Assembly: GCF_018350175.1 (NCBI RefSeq)
Contig: NC_058368.1
Span: forward strand, 195,550,001-195,614,000
Length of the DNA: 64,000 nucleotides
Direction of reading: 5' to 3'
From: Felis catus
Lineage: Eukaryota
Each line of letters starts with the position of its first letter. The stretch's first letter is position 1. The notes below the pieces were generated by a model that saw nothing but the letters and a program-made list of their open reading frames with translations, did not search any database and was not told the DNA's origin. Of this stretch, positions 11,380-22,560 are shown one piece after another. The translations under genes and the position numbers were made by a program.

Positions 11380-11592
11380 GGGGCGCCTGGGTGGCTCAGT
11401 CGGTTGAGCGGCCGACTTCGGCTCAGGTCATGATCTCACGGTCCGTGAGCTCGAGCCCCGCGTCAGGCTCTGTGCGACAGCTCAGAGCCTGGAGCCTGTT
11501 TCGGATTCTGTGTCTCCCTCTCTCTGACCCTTCCCCGTTCATGCTTTGTCTCTCTCTGTCTCAAAAATAAATAAACGTTAAAAAAAAAAAAA
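11380..11592 (+). mobile_element. SINEC
   Basis: TSD aaatgaaagaatggt. Confidence 0.93.
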
Positions 11593-12919
11593 ATGAAAGA
11601 ATGGTATGCCACGCAGGCACGTGACTGGATGTACTCTCACTCATCCATGTTTGTGACTAAGTAAACACCACCAGGCAAGTCCCTCCAAATGTAGGCGTAA
11701 GCCTCTTGCTGAAGTTTTGTGTACCTGCTAATTACTGGTTGTAAGCAGGTGGAAAGCCTCCTGGCTTCTGGTTGAAACAGGATTCCCTCTGTACAAACTC
11801 AATGGGCATTCTTGGAAGGTAGTGTGATGGGTGGGAAGCAGCAGAGAATGGAGAGCCCGGGCGCTTGGGGCCCCATTCTCACCTTGCCACTTGCTGTATG
11901 ACCTTGATCAGCCTCTTCTCTTTGGGCCTCAGTTTCCCCATCCGTTTAAGGAAGGTGTTGGACACTTAGAGCTCTGGCCTTGCAGAGCCTTAACCTCTTC
12001 TTTTCAGTGACCCAGTCCTTCAAGGAGTGGAAGGGCTCTGAGAAGTGATGGTGTAGCTTCCAGCCACGTGGGCAGAGTGCTCTCAAGGGAGGTGCTGGGA
12101 GCAGGGCAGGGCACCACCACTTTGAACCCAAGTTCTCACTGATTGTTCCCCAGGGGAGAGATTTCACAGAGTGTCCGTGCAGCCCAACCCAAGGCCCTAG
12201 AGAACGCCCATGGCGGACTGGAACCCAACGTCCTGGGTTTGGACTGCTGGCTACCAGACGCTCTTGGAGCACCCCGTTCCCCTCTGTTCCACAGCACTTA
12301 ACACAGGTTGTTATTTATGGGAATTTGTGTGATTGCGTCATGAATGTCTGGCTCCCACTCTGTAGGGCGTGAGCTCTGTGAAAGCTGGGACCAGGTCTGT
12401 ATTGCTCAGCCCTTATCCCAGTCCCTTAGCACAGTGCCTGGTACTTTGTGGGCACTGGACAAACACCTGCTGAATGAATAAATGAGCTGCTCCAGCCTGG
12501 TTTCAGAAGCAGAGACAGCCTTCTCTTTAACCCAAGGGCCCAAATGGGCAAATAAGGAGGAGTGGGGAGCAGAGGGGGTGCTGTGCAAACATGCCAGACA
12601 ACATCACAGAATTAGAAAGGTCATTCCCTTCGTGAGTGTCAGCCCACCGGTGGGCTGGGGATGGGAGGTGGGGAGATTCTGGAGTAGTAGGCCTTGGGGA
12701 ATTGGTACTCACAGAAGCTCTGAACTGCAGTATTTATTCATTCATTCATCTGTTTCATCCATCAAATATTTACTGAGAATCTACTTTACCAAGCAATGGA
12801 GACAGATATTAGCCAAAATCACACAAATAATGATCTAATCACCAGTTAGGACAGTGTTGTGATGGGAAAGTAGGATCCTAGGAGAGATAATGGGGAGGGC
12901 TGTATAAAGTGCACTGGAG

Positions 12920-13146
12920 GGGGTGCCTGGGTGGTTCAGTTGGCTGAACCTTGACTGTGCATCTGACTCTCGATTTTGGCTCAGGTCATGATCCCAGGGT
13001 GGTGGGATCGAGCCCCGCTTAGGGTTCTGAGCTGAGCAGGGAGCCTGCTTAAGATCATTGCACCATCTCTCCCTCTGCCCCTCCCCTGCTCGTGTTCTCT
13101 CTCTCTAAAATAACCAAATAAAAATAAATAAAATAAATAAATAAAT
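12920..13146 (+). mobile_element. SINEC (older subfamily)
   Basis: Head and tail, TSD aaagtgc(a/t)ctggag. Confidence 0.88.
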
Positions 13147-13467
13147 AGAAAAGTGCTCTGGAGAAAGGATTAGGAAGGAATTTCTGAAGAAGTGCTATTT
13201 TAAGGAAAATCCACAAGAATAATGAGCTTCTATTAGTAAGCTTCCAGGCTTACAAGAAGAGCCTTCATTCCATGGAAATGGAATGTTTCAATAGAATTTC
13301 GAGTGAGTCACGGGATCTTGGAATCCTAGAAAGAGAACCTCAGAGTCACAGAATCTTAACCTCACAGAATCCTGAAACAAATACTTACAGATTCTTCAAC
13401 AGTGAATGGAACCTTAGAATTCAATGTTAAAGACTCAGAATCTTCACATAGAAGAACAAAGGGAATC

Positions 13468-13699
13468 TTTTTTTTTTTCAATTTTTTTTTAATGTTTATT
13501 TCTTTTTGAGAGAGAGAGAGAGAGTATGAGCAGGAGAGAGGCAGAGAGAGAGAGAGGGAGGGAGACACAGAATCAGAAGCAGGATCCAGGCTCTGAGCTG
13601 TCAGCACAGAGCCCGACACGGGGCTCAACCCCACGAACCGTGAGATCATGACCTGAGCTGAAGTCACACGCTTATCCGACGGAGCCACCCAGGCGCCCC
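13468..13699 (-). mobile_element. SINEC
   Basis: TSD agaacaaagggaatctt. Confidence 0.93.
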
Positions 13700-15507
13700 A
13701 AGAACAAAGGGAATCTTAAGAGATAATTTACTTGCATCACCTTCTCTCTCCTATTGTACAGATAGTAACAGAACAAAACTAAAGAGTGCAGTCATAGAAG
13801 CCAGCCAGAACGCTCACTTCTTATTATTAATAGATTAGGACTCCATACATTTAGTAAATAATAATAATAATAATAGCAACAATGGTTACATTTACTGTCT
13901 CATTACTATGTGCTAATTGCTGCTAAGTGATTTATATCCAACACCAAACTTGTGAAGTATATATTTTATAGTACCCACATATTATAACTAAGAAAACAGA
14001 ATCTCAGGGGGAATAAAAATGGTTAATGGTCACTCAGCTAGAATGCGGTAGAAACAGAACCCTAGGGCGTTTTTGCTTATTTGCGTTTTAATTTAAAGAC
14101 TGTGCTCTAATGCACGGTACTACACAGCTTTTTTTCTAATTACAGCTGTTTTCAAGCCTCTTCCCAGTGACCCCAGCTTTCCTGTAACTTTGCCCTTAGG
14201 AGTGAAAGTACTCTCTTGGCTTGAGTTTGCCCTGGGGTGATCAACTTCCTGGAAGATCTGTAATACACTCTCATGTCAAAGAAGCCTTCTGAAGACCTAA
14301 ATGTGCTGTTGAGCCTAAAAGAAGTGAGTTTGTTTATGGGATCCAAGCGACAGTATGACATCAGGAAACTTAGTTCCCGTCTGAGGTCAGGCACTAAATA
14401 GCTATGTTTTGGCAGCTAAGTGATGGAGCCTCCCTAGGTCCCAGGTTCCATGTCTCTTAGATGAGCTTCTAGGGCCTGCCGTGCCTACCTCAATGGTGGA
14501 GAGATAATGCATGCAAACATGCTTTGTGACTTATGAAATAAATGTAAGGATCCTAAGGTTCAATGGTGTCTCTTCTACCTTGTGAGTGAGAGCGTGGTTG
14601 GATCTCCCTCAATGGAGGGCAATTTGGAAAGATGAGGAGCCTCAAAAAATATTCATTACTCTTTTATCTGGAATTCAAGTTTTAGGAAACAATCTCGGAG
14701 CCATGCTGAAAAATTCTGACAATGTCTGAAAATGTCTGACAACAGGCGATTAGATAAATAACTTATACTATTACCATATACTGGAATTTGATATAGTTAC
14801 TTTAAATGTTTTGAAGAATATTTAATCACATAAAATATTGTTCATAACAAATTAAGGTATATCAGAGATAAAATAATATTCACAGTAAGTTCCAGGTTTT
14901 TACAAATGAAAATATACATGAGTGGCACATAAGTAATCCATAAATGTTGCTATTATTATTATTATTGCTGTTGATGTTGTTATGTAATAAAAGAATGATA
15001 TTAATCATAGTGTAGGCTGTCTTTGGATTACAGGATTATGGCTTTAAATTATTTTCACCTTTTGATGAACTATCTATCTTTTGATGAACTATCTATAATG
15101 AACGCCTAATATTTTTCCAGGAGAAACAATAAAAATCATGAGAAAAGTGATTCTGTGACTTTTAAGCCTATTTTTTGTTTGCACTCTATTTCTCTATCTC
15201 TCCACCCGCTAAGTGACCTCTGCCCCAAACTAAGTGTCCTCGCATCCCTGAGACCTATAGCCAAAAATAATCTGTTTTGTGCCAAGTGGTTAGAAAGTCC
15301 TTGTGTTCTTCCCCACACAGAGGGGCAATCCCCGTCTTTCGGGGGAATACCGGACACTGATATAGGCCTTTCTCGTAGGGGAAGAGGGTTTTTCTGGTGT
15401 TCATATGAACAGTCCCCCTGCCCCGGGACTCCTTCCTTTAACTAAACTTAAAAGTGAGACCCATCTTTGGGCACACTCTCCTGATGGAGGCCGGCAGAAC
15501 TGGAATC

Positions 15508-15525
15508 TGCCAGCAGGTGGCAGTA
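15508..15525 (+). promoter_or_regulatory. CTCF core motif (forward)
   Basis: CCAGCAGGTGGCAG matches the CTCF consensus. Confidence 0.55.
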
Positions 15526-17204
15526 TCTACCCACTTGCAGCTCTCCAGAGGGCCGCCCAGAGATTTTAAACTTTTCTCCTGAAATCAGAGAAACTACCGC
15601 CCAGAGAGAGGAGGAAGACGGTCTGAAATCCCAGTGCATTGTTCTGCCCACATCTCTGCACCACACTGTCTCTCTCTCACAAACATTTTGGAAGGACCAC
15701 TCCATGTAGGAAGGGGCTTGGAACAGAACCAAAAAGATGAAGTCATGTCAGTGTGTTTCCTTCCCATATTTGCCTCCTTCCAGGCTTTGTTCCCACCAGT
15801 CAGTGACAGTGTGTGACATATGCTTACTTGCTTCCTCCACACCCCCTGGATGTTTATGTTGTTTCCTTTCTGTGTTTAAAAAATATGGTGTGGGACCTAA
15901 AAAGCTTTCTCTGTAATTCAAATTATTTTTCTTAGGACTGATTCCTAGAAATAAGATGACCCGTCAAAGAAAATGAGCAGTATATTAGCCTTGTTTCTGC
16001 AGCTCAGGGAATAAGGCCCTGGGCCCAGGCAGTCAAGGGGACCAGCCTTTCAATCCTGCCTCAGTCATCTGGGCTGACTTTGGGCAAATGCTGTATTTTC
16101 TCTGAACTTCAGTAATCTTTACCCCAAATTAAGGATACTAAGAGCCCCTCCACTTGTATACTAGATACTATTCTCGCTCCAAATATCGCTCCCCTCTCTC
16201 TTCCATTTCTTCACCCTCTATCTGGTCATTCCCATCAGCTCACAAATATGCTGTGATTTCACCAATCCTAAACAAAAAACAATCCAAAACTCTCCTTTTG
16301 ATCCTCATCCCCCACCAGGGATGCCCCATTTCCTTTGCTGGCCTTTGTGACAAAACTCCTGGAATAAGTAGTTTGCACTTGTTACGCTAAGCCTGTTCCT
16401 CTAAGGCCCTTGTCCCCAACACTCTACGGAATCTGCTCTCCACAGGAAAAGTTGACCTTCATAATACTAAATACAGTGATGGATTCTTGGGTCTTGTCCT
16501 ACTAGACCTAAGAGTAGCCTTTGGCACAACTGACCACTCCCTCCTCCTTGAAGCCCTTTCATTCACTTGGTTTCCAAAACACCACACTCCCTTGGGTTTC
16601 CTTGCACCTCACTGTGAGCTCTTTCCCAGGTGCCTTTGCTGGGTCCTTCTCCTCTTTCTGATTCTTAATGTAGGAGTGACCCTTGATTCTCTTCCCCTTT
16701 GATGAGCTCATTGCTTTCTCTGGCCTTGAACAGTATTTATATGCCTGTAACTTTCAAATTTGTATCCCCAGCCCGACCTCTTTCTTGAATGCCAGATTTG
16801 TCTATCCAAATGGCTCTTAGACATCGCCTCTTGGATGTCCAATAGAAATCTTACCAAACTGGTCACGGACTTGAAGTCGATCTTTTTTCCCACTTTCACT
16901 CTCCAAATTTCTCCTCCTGCAATTTTGTTCATCAGAGTTCAGAGTAACTCCATCCTTCCAGTGGCTCAGGCCAAGATCCTTGAAGTCATTCCTGACTCTT
17001 TTTTTCTGTCACCTTATATCCAATCCTTCAGGAAATCATGTTAACTCCACCTTGAAATATATCCAGTCTCTAACCACTTCTCACCAACTCTATGCCATTT
17101 TGGCTGAGCCACCAGCATCTCTCACTCAGATTACTACAAAAGCCTCCTAACAGGTCCCCAGTGCCTACTCTTGCCCCCCATTAGTATTCAGTATCCTTGA
17201 CACA

Positions 17205-18920
17205 GAAATATATCAACTCCAGAATATATAAAGAGCTCTTACAACTGACCAGCAAAAAGACAACCCAATTTAAAGACAGGCAAAGGAAAAAAAATTAAAA
17301 TGGATGAAGGACATGAATAGACATTTCCTCAAAGAGGATGTGTGTACAAATGGCCAATCAGCACACGAAAAGATGTTCAGCATCATTAGTCATTAGAGAA
17401 ATGCAAATCAAAATCATGAGATACCAGAAAAAGAAGGAAAAAAAACAACAACTCAGCTACACTTCAGCTACAAAAAGAGAAAATAAAACCACAAGATACC
17501 ATTTCACACTGACTAGGACGGCATTAAACAAAAAATAAAAACCAGAAATTAACGAGAGTTGTCAAGGACATGGAAAACGCTTGTGCATTGCTGGTGAGGA
17601 TATAAAGCGGTGCAGCTTCTGTGGAAACAGCTCAGCAGTTCCTCAAACAGTTAAATACAGAATTACCATACGGACTAGCAATTCCACTCTTAGTAAATAC
17701 ATAAGAGGACTAAAAACAAGTACTCAAACAAGGGTTGGTACACAAATGTTTATAGCAGCACTACTCACAATGGCCGAAAAGAGGAAAAAAGCTAAATGCC
17801 CATCAGCTGATGAAAGGATAAGCAAAGTGTGATACATCCACACAATAAAATACTATTCAGCCATAAAAAGAATGAAGTGGGGCTACATGTTGCAGCATTT
17901 AGGAACCTCGAGGCCATTATTGTGATGGTTAGTTTTACGTGTCAACTTGACTGGGCTAAGGGATGCCTGGAGAGCTGATAAAACATCACTTCTGGGTGTG
18001 TCTGTGATGGTTAGCAAATGAGTCACTGAGAGATTAGCATTTGGTGCAGTATACTGAGTAAGGAACTGCCCTCACCAATGTGGTCTGGTCCGGCTTCACG
18101 CAGTCCATCGAGGGCCGAATGGAACAAATGACAAATGGCAAAGAAAAGGCAAATGCAGCTCTCTCTCTCTCTCTCTTAAGTTTATTTATTTTTGGGAGAG
18201 AGAGAGAGAGAGCAGAGGAGGGGCAGAGAGCACCCCAAGCAGGCTCTGTGTACTTTGCGCAGAGCCTGATGCAGGGCTCGAACTCAGGAACCGGGAGAGG
18301 ACGACCAGAGCCCAAATCAGGAGTTGGATGCCGAACCAACTGAGCCACCCAGGCGCCCCCCGCAGCTCTCTTCTTGGGTTGGGACGTCTGTCTTTTCCTG
18401 CCCTCAGACCACCCCTCCACCCCACCCCCATTCTCAGGCTCTAACTAAATCACACCACTGGCTTTTCTGGTTCTCCAGTTTGCAGCCGGCAGTTTATGGG
18501 ACTTGTCAGTTTCCACAACTGCCCGAGCCAATTCCTGTAATAAACCTCCTCCTATATATATCTATTTCTATATACCCTGTTGGTTCTGTTTCTCTGGAGA
18601 ACCCTAATACGATTATGCTAAGTGAAAGAAGCCAGACACTAAAGGCCACACATAACACCGTTCCCTTTATATGACCCACTCAGAATAGGCAAATCCATAG
18701 AGGCAGAAAGCAAACTGGTGGTTTCCAAGGGTTGGGGGAGGGGACACTGGAGATTGTTTAACAGGTACGGGTTTTCTTTTAGGGGGATGAAACCGGCTTG
18801 AAACTACGCAGAGCGGGTGGTTGCACAACAATGTGAAGGTACTAAATGTCACTAAATGGTTCCCTTTAAAATGGCTGATTTTATGTTATGTGAATTTTAC
18901 CTCCGAAGAAAGAAGAAAAT
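17205..18920 (+). mobile_element. L1 (L1MB-like) 3' region, split by an MLT2 LTR
   Basis: agacatttc..aaagagga, gaaatgcaaatcaaaa, cagccataaaaagaatgaa, atgctaagtgaaagaagccagacac. Confidence 0.8.
17921..18611 (+). mobile_element. MLT2 (ERVL) solo LTR containing a SINEC (18177-18359, -)
   Basis: tgtgatggttagttttacgtgtcaacttgactgggctaag ... ctggagaaccctaatac; 5-bp TSD ATTAT (17916-17920, 18612-18616). Confidence 0.85.
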
Positions 18921-19669
18921 AAACGTCCTGTCCCTCCTCTGTTCCACACCCTGCAACAGCTCCCCAAATGCCTCAGAGTAAAAGGCGAAGTCCTCACAAG
19001 GGCCCACAAGCCCCCTCCTCACCCCCATTTCATTGGGTCCCTCCTTATCTCTGCTCTCCTGATACTCCCCCTCCCCCTCCCTCCACTCCAGCCACACTGG
19101 CCTCCTTGCTGTTCCTGGAACATTCCAGGCCTACTGTTGCCTCCAAGCACTTGCTCCAGCTGTTTCCTCTGCCCGAAGACACTCTTCCTACAGCTTGGCT
19201 ACCTTCCTTGCCTCTTCCACGCTGTCGTTCACGCTGTTTGGCCCCTGCCGATATACCCTACAGAATACTGCAACTTCCTGTTATCCTGGGAACCTTCACC
19301 TGCTTTTCCTTCTTTTTGTCCACAGCACTTGTCACCCGCTAAGATACTGTCATGTCTGCTTATCGCGTATCTGTCTCCCCTCTGCTGGAACGCAGAGGCC
19401 AGGAGGGCAGAGATCTTCATTTTGTTTGCTGATAAAGCTCTGAAAATAGTACTTGGCCCATAGCAGGTGCTGAATGAGGATTTTCTAATGAATCGGGGAG
19501 ATGAAATGTAACATCACAAGTAAAGCTCTTACAACACTGCCTGGCTCACCGAAAATGCTCAGTGAACGGCAGCTACTATTTATGATGCTTGAGGAACCCC
19601 AACCTCCACCCTGGGGCCAGCCCCTTTATAATCTGTCTAAGAAGGTATTGCCTCATCTACTAGAAGATC

Positions 19670-20096
19670 TGTTAAAACAAAAACAAAATCCAGCCAGGTA
19701 TATTTGAAGATCCGGTTGGCTTCATTAAATAATTCATGAATTGGGCAATGTCCCACGTAGGAGGCAGAGGGGAGCCTGGAAGAGTTGTACAAAATGGAAG
19801 GTTTTTATAGAAGGAGGGTGAGCAAGAAAGTTATTAGCAAAAGAAAAGGGGTGTTCCAGGCAAGGTGGCTTTTCCTTAGGGAGAAAAGCAAGGGGTCCTA
19901 TCCTGTAGATCATCTCATCTTTCTTTGGGGGGTCTCTGTGGCAGATTCATTGGCACTGATTGAAAAATTCCTGACTGACCCGTGAAGCCTACATTTCTGG
20001 GGGAGGTTGAAACGGATTAGGTATTAATCCCCAAGCCATGGTTTGTGAATTTAGCCTCAATGACACCATGTTGGGCCTGTGGTTTTATTTTTAACA
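19670..20096. mobile_element. ERV1-class solo LTR
   Basis: TGTTAAAA...TTTTAACA inverted termini, 4-bp TSD GATC. Confidence 0.7.
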
Positions 20097-20413
20097 GATC
20101 TCATTATAAGGTAATTATTTTAATTTCTTCTTAGTCTCCCACTGGATTCTATTCATCTTTCTGGTCAACATCACTCTCACCTGGATGCCTAGGTTGGGTC
20201 CATCTGCTGTGGGCCAGCATTGTATTTTACAGTTTACAGATCACAAGTGTCCAAACTTCTTTGTAACAATGACCTCACTGTTTGTCTTCTGTGAGAGTGG
20301 ACGCTCCATGAGGGCAGGTCAGGGCCTCCACTTCCTATTTGCTCACTTCCATCTCCCAGCTCAGTACCTGGCATGCAGCAGGTACTCAATAAATGTTGTT
20401 GGGGGAACGAATA

Positions 20414-20793
20414 TGTTGGGGAGGAAAAACATCCTCTGCCCTTCAAGATCCTTCTGGCTAGACTAAGAATCAAATTGACATGAGACAGATTAACGGGAAA
20501 AAATCAAATTTAGTTTCATACATAAGGAATCCACATAAACATGGAAATCCCAAAGGCACTGAAGCTATGCAACACTTATATGAGCCTGTTATGAAGATAA
20601 GTTTCTTAGGCTAATTGGAATGTCTTGTTAAAAGCTCTCTTCTTGGTACAGGCTCTTTCCAGTGTAAATTTAGGCAGTTGAGGGGGAGGTGGAGAGCTTT
20701 CCTTGAATCTGCTGGGTATGGATTGCTTTTAACTCAAAATAATCTTTATGCCACAGTCACCCATCTTGGAGCAGCCTGCCCTTGCCGCCTACA
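20414..20793. mobile_element. ERV1-class (MER34-like) solo LTR
   Basis: TGT...ACA termini, 4-bp TSD AATA, aattgacatgagacagattaac motif. Confidence 0.7.
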
Positions 20794-21021
20794 AATAGAT
20801 GGAAGGACATACTTTCCACCCAGGTCTCCTTGTAGAATTCTTAGAGGACTCTGAACTGGTGATAGATTGAGGACAACCATTGGAAAAAGCTTTTGGTCAT
20901 CCCTATCTTTTGGATGAACAAATTGATTTTTAAAGCAGTTACATGTCTTGTCCATGCAAACTCAGCAGGTGAGTGGGGAGCCCAGGGTTGCCATCTGTCC
21001 ATCTTTTCACCCAAGCAGAAC

Positions 21022-21236
21022 TTTTTTTTCTTTTTAAAAAATATTTTTTAATGTTCATGTATTTTTGAGAGAGAGACAGAGTGTGAGCAGGAGAGGGGCA
21101 GAGAGAGAGGGAGACACAGAATCCGAAGCAGGCTCCAGACTCTGAGCTGTCAACACGGGGCTGGAACCCACGAACTGTGGGATCATGACCTGAGCTGAAG
21201 TCTGATGCATAACTGACTGAGCTACCCAGGCGCCCC
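21022..21236 (-). mobile_element. SINEC
   Basis: Reverse-complement consensus. Confidence 0.9.
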
Positions 21237-21899
21237 ACTGAGGCAGATGTGTGGGGGATGGGAGATACTACTGAACTTTATTGTAGGACCACCTCCTCCA
21301 GGAAGTCTTTACAAATATCCTGGGGGAACAATATTCTCAATTTCCTCTGTATTCTCAAATAGTTTATTGTTTTTTATATTCTAGAATTTTCCACACAGCC
21401 CTGGATTTTAACAGCTGGTCTTTTTGCCTTTCCTGTGAACTATGCACTCCCCAGAGTCAAGCTCTAATAAGTGTCCCTCTGGAGTCTCTGGCTAGGTTCA
21501 AATCCCAGCTCCACAACTTACCGGCTGTGCCACGTTGGTCAAAGACCTGGACGTCTCTGGGCTCTCCTCCGAAAAGTGGGTAAGTAATGTCACGGGTATG
21601 ATGGGGCTACTGAGGAATGTAACCTGACCAGGCAGATAAAGTGCATGGCCTAAATTTTGTCAAGTCTCAATGTTCGGTTTCTCAACAAAGTTTTGGCAAG
21701 TAGTAGGAATTTGGGGGAGAAATGTCCAGCTCAGGGAATCAGAAGCCCTGACTTCTGGCCTTGAGTAACCTTGGCCAAATCCCCCTACTTTCTCTAGGTC
21801 TTTGCGGGGGTCTGAGCACTGACGTAGGTTCCCCGGGCTGTGGGGCTGGGCCGCTCCGGGCTGGTGACATTCTAAGACTCCAGGAGCGAATGAACTTGG

Positions 21900-22560
21900 G
21901 GGGTGGGGCTGGGGGAGAGGAGGCGGGGCGAGCCCGATTGGCCTTCGCGCGCCACGTGTCCTGCGGGGGAGCAGCCGCCGGCTGTCCTCCCGGCCCGCCC
22001 CGCGCTGCTGCTCCTGCTCGGCTAACGGGCTCCCACCCTGCGAGCTCCGCGTCGCGTCGCGTCCGCGCGTCCGTCTCCCAGTCCGCTACAGGAAGCCTCC
22101 GCCGTGCGGTGAGTGGGTTGAGGCCGGAGAGGGGATCGCTTCGAGGGATTCCTCTTCCTGGGGGCTTCAGGGACGCGGGGACGAGCAATAAACGCCCAGT
22201 CATTGCTGACCTGTGCCTCCCGCGAGGCTCCTGGGAGGGGTGCGGGCAGGTGGAGGGCGCGGGCAGGTGCGGAGCGGCGGCGGGGCGGGAACGCGAGGGC
22301 GCGGTAACCCGGGAGGGTCGCGGGCTGAACGTGCCGGGGGGAACGCAGTGGAGCAAATTTAGAGCCGCGAGCGTAGAAGCAGAGGAGAAGTCGCTCTGGC
22401 TGGGGGAGGGGAGAGCAGGAGGGGAAAGGAGGGGAGGAGAGGGGCGGGCGGACCGACCTGCAGCGGGTGTGGTCCGGGGGCTGGGGGCAACCCGGCAGAC
22501 GCAGAGCCGGGTGCTGGCCGCGCTTTGAGAGGGGGCGGGGGGGGGCGCTGGAGAGACTTA
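21900..22560. promoter_or_regulatory. CpG island promoter of ANXA6 (GC box ~21921, reverse CCAAT 21937-21941, E-box CACGTG 21953-21958)
   Basis: The only strongly CpG-dense segment in the window; motifs read directly; lies upstream of a strong splice donor. Confidence 0.85.
22000..22108 (+). other. ANXA6: ANXA6 non-coding exon 1 (start approximate)
   Basis: Inside the CpG island, ends at donor GCG|gtgagt; the ATG lies in the next exon. Confidence 0.75.

Larger units (their letters stand above)
16230..19490 (+). mobile_element. L2 LINE fragment, split by an L1 insertion at about 17205-18920
   Basis: L2-type phrases (ccactccctcctccttgaa, gcctcctaacaggtc, cactccagccacactggcctccttgctgttcctggaaca) and L2 tail with tgaatga. 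Confidence 0.7.

Noticed and set aside
15058..15096. 19-bp tandem duplication cttttgatgaactatctat
   Set aside because: Ordinary slippage duplication in old AT-rich repeat-like sequence
21739..22528. Overlapping 205-aa and 255-aa ORFs on both strands
   Set aside because: Stop-poor CpG-island sequence with low-complexity G/A/R/P content and no recognisable domain
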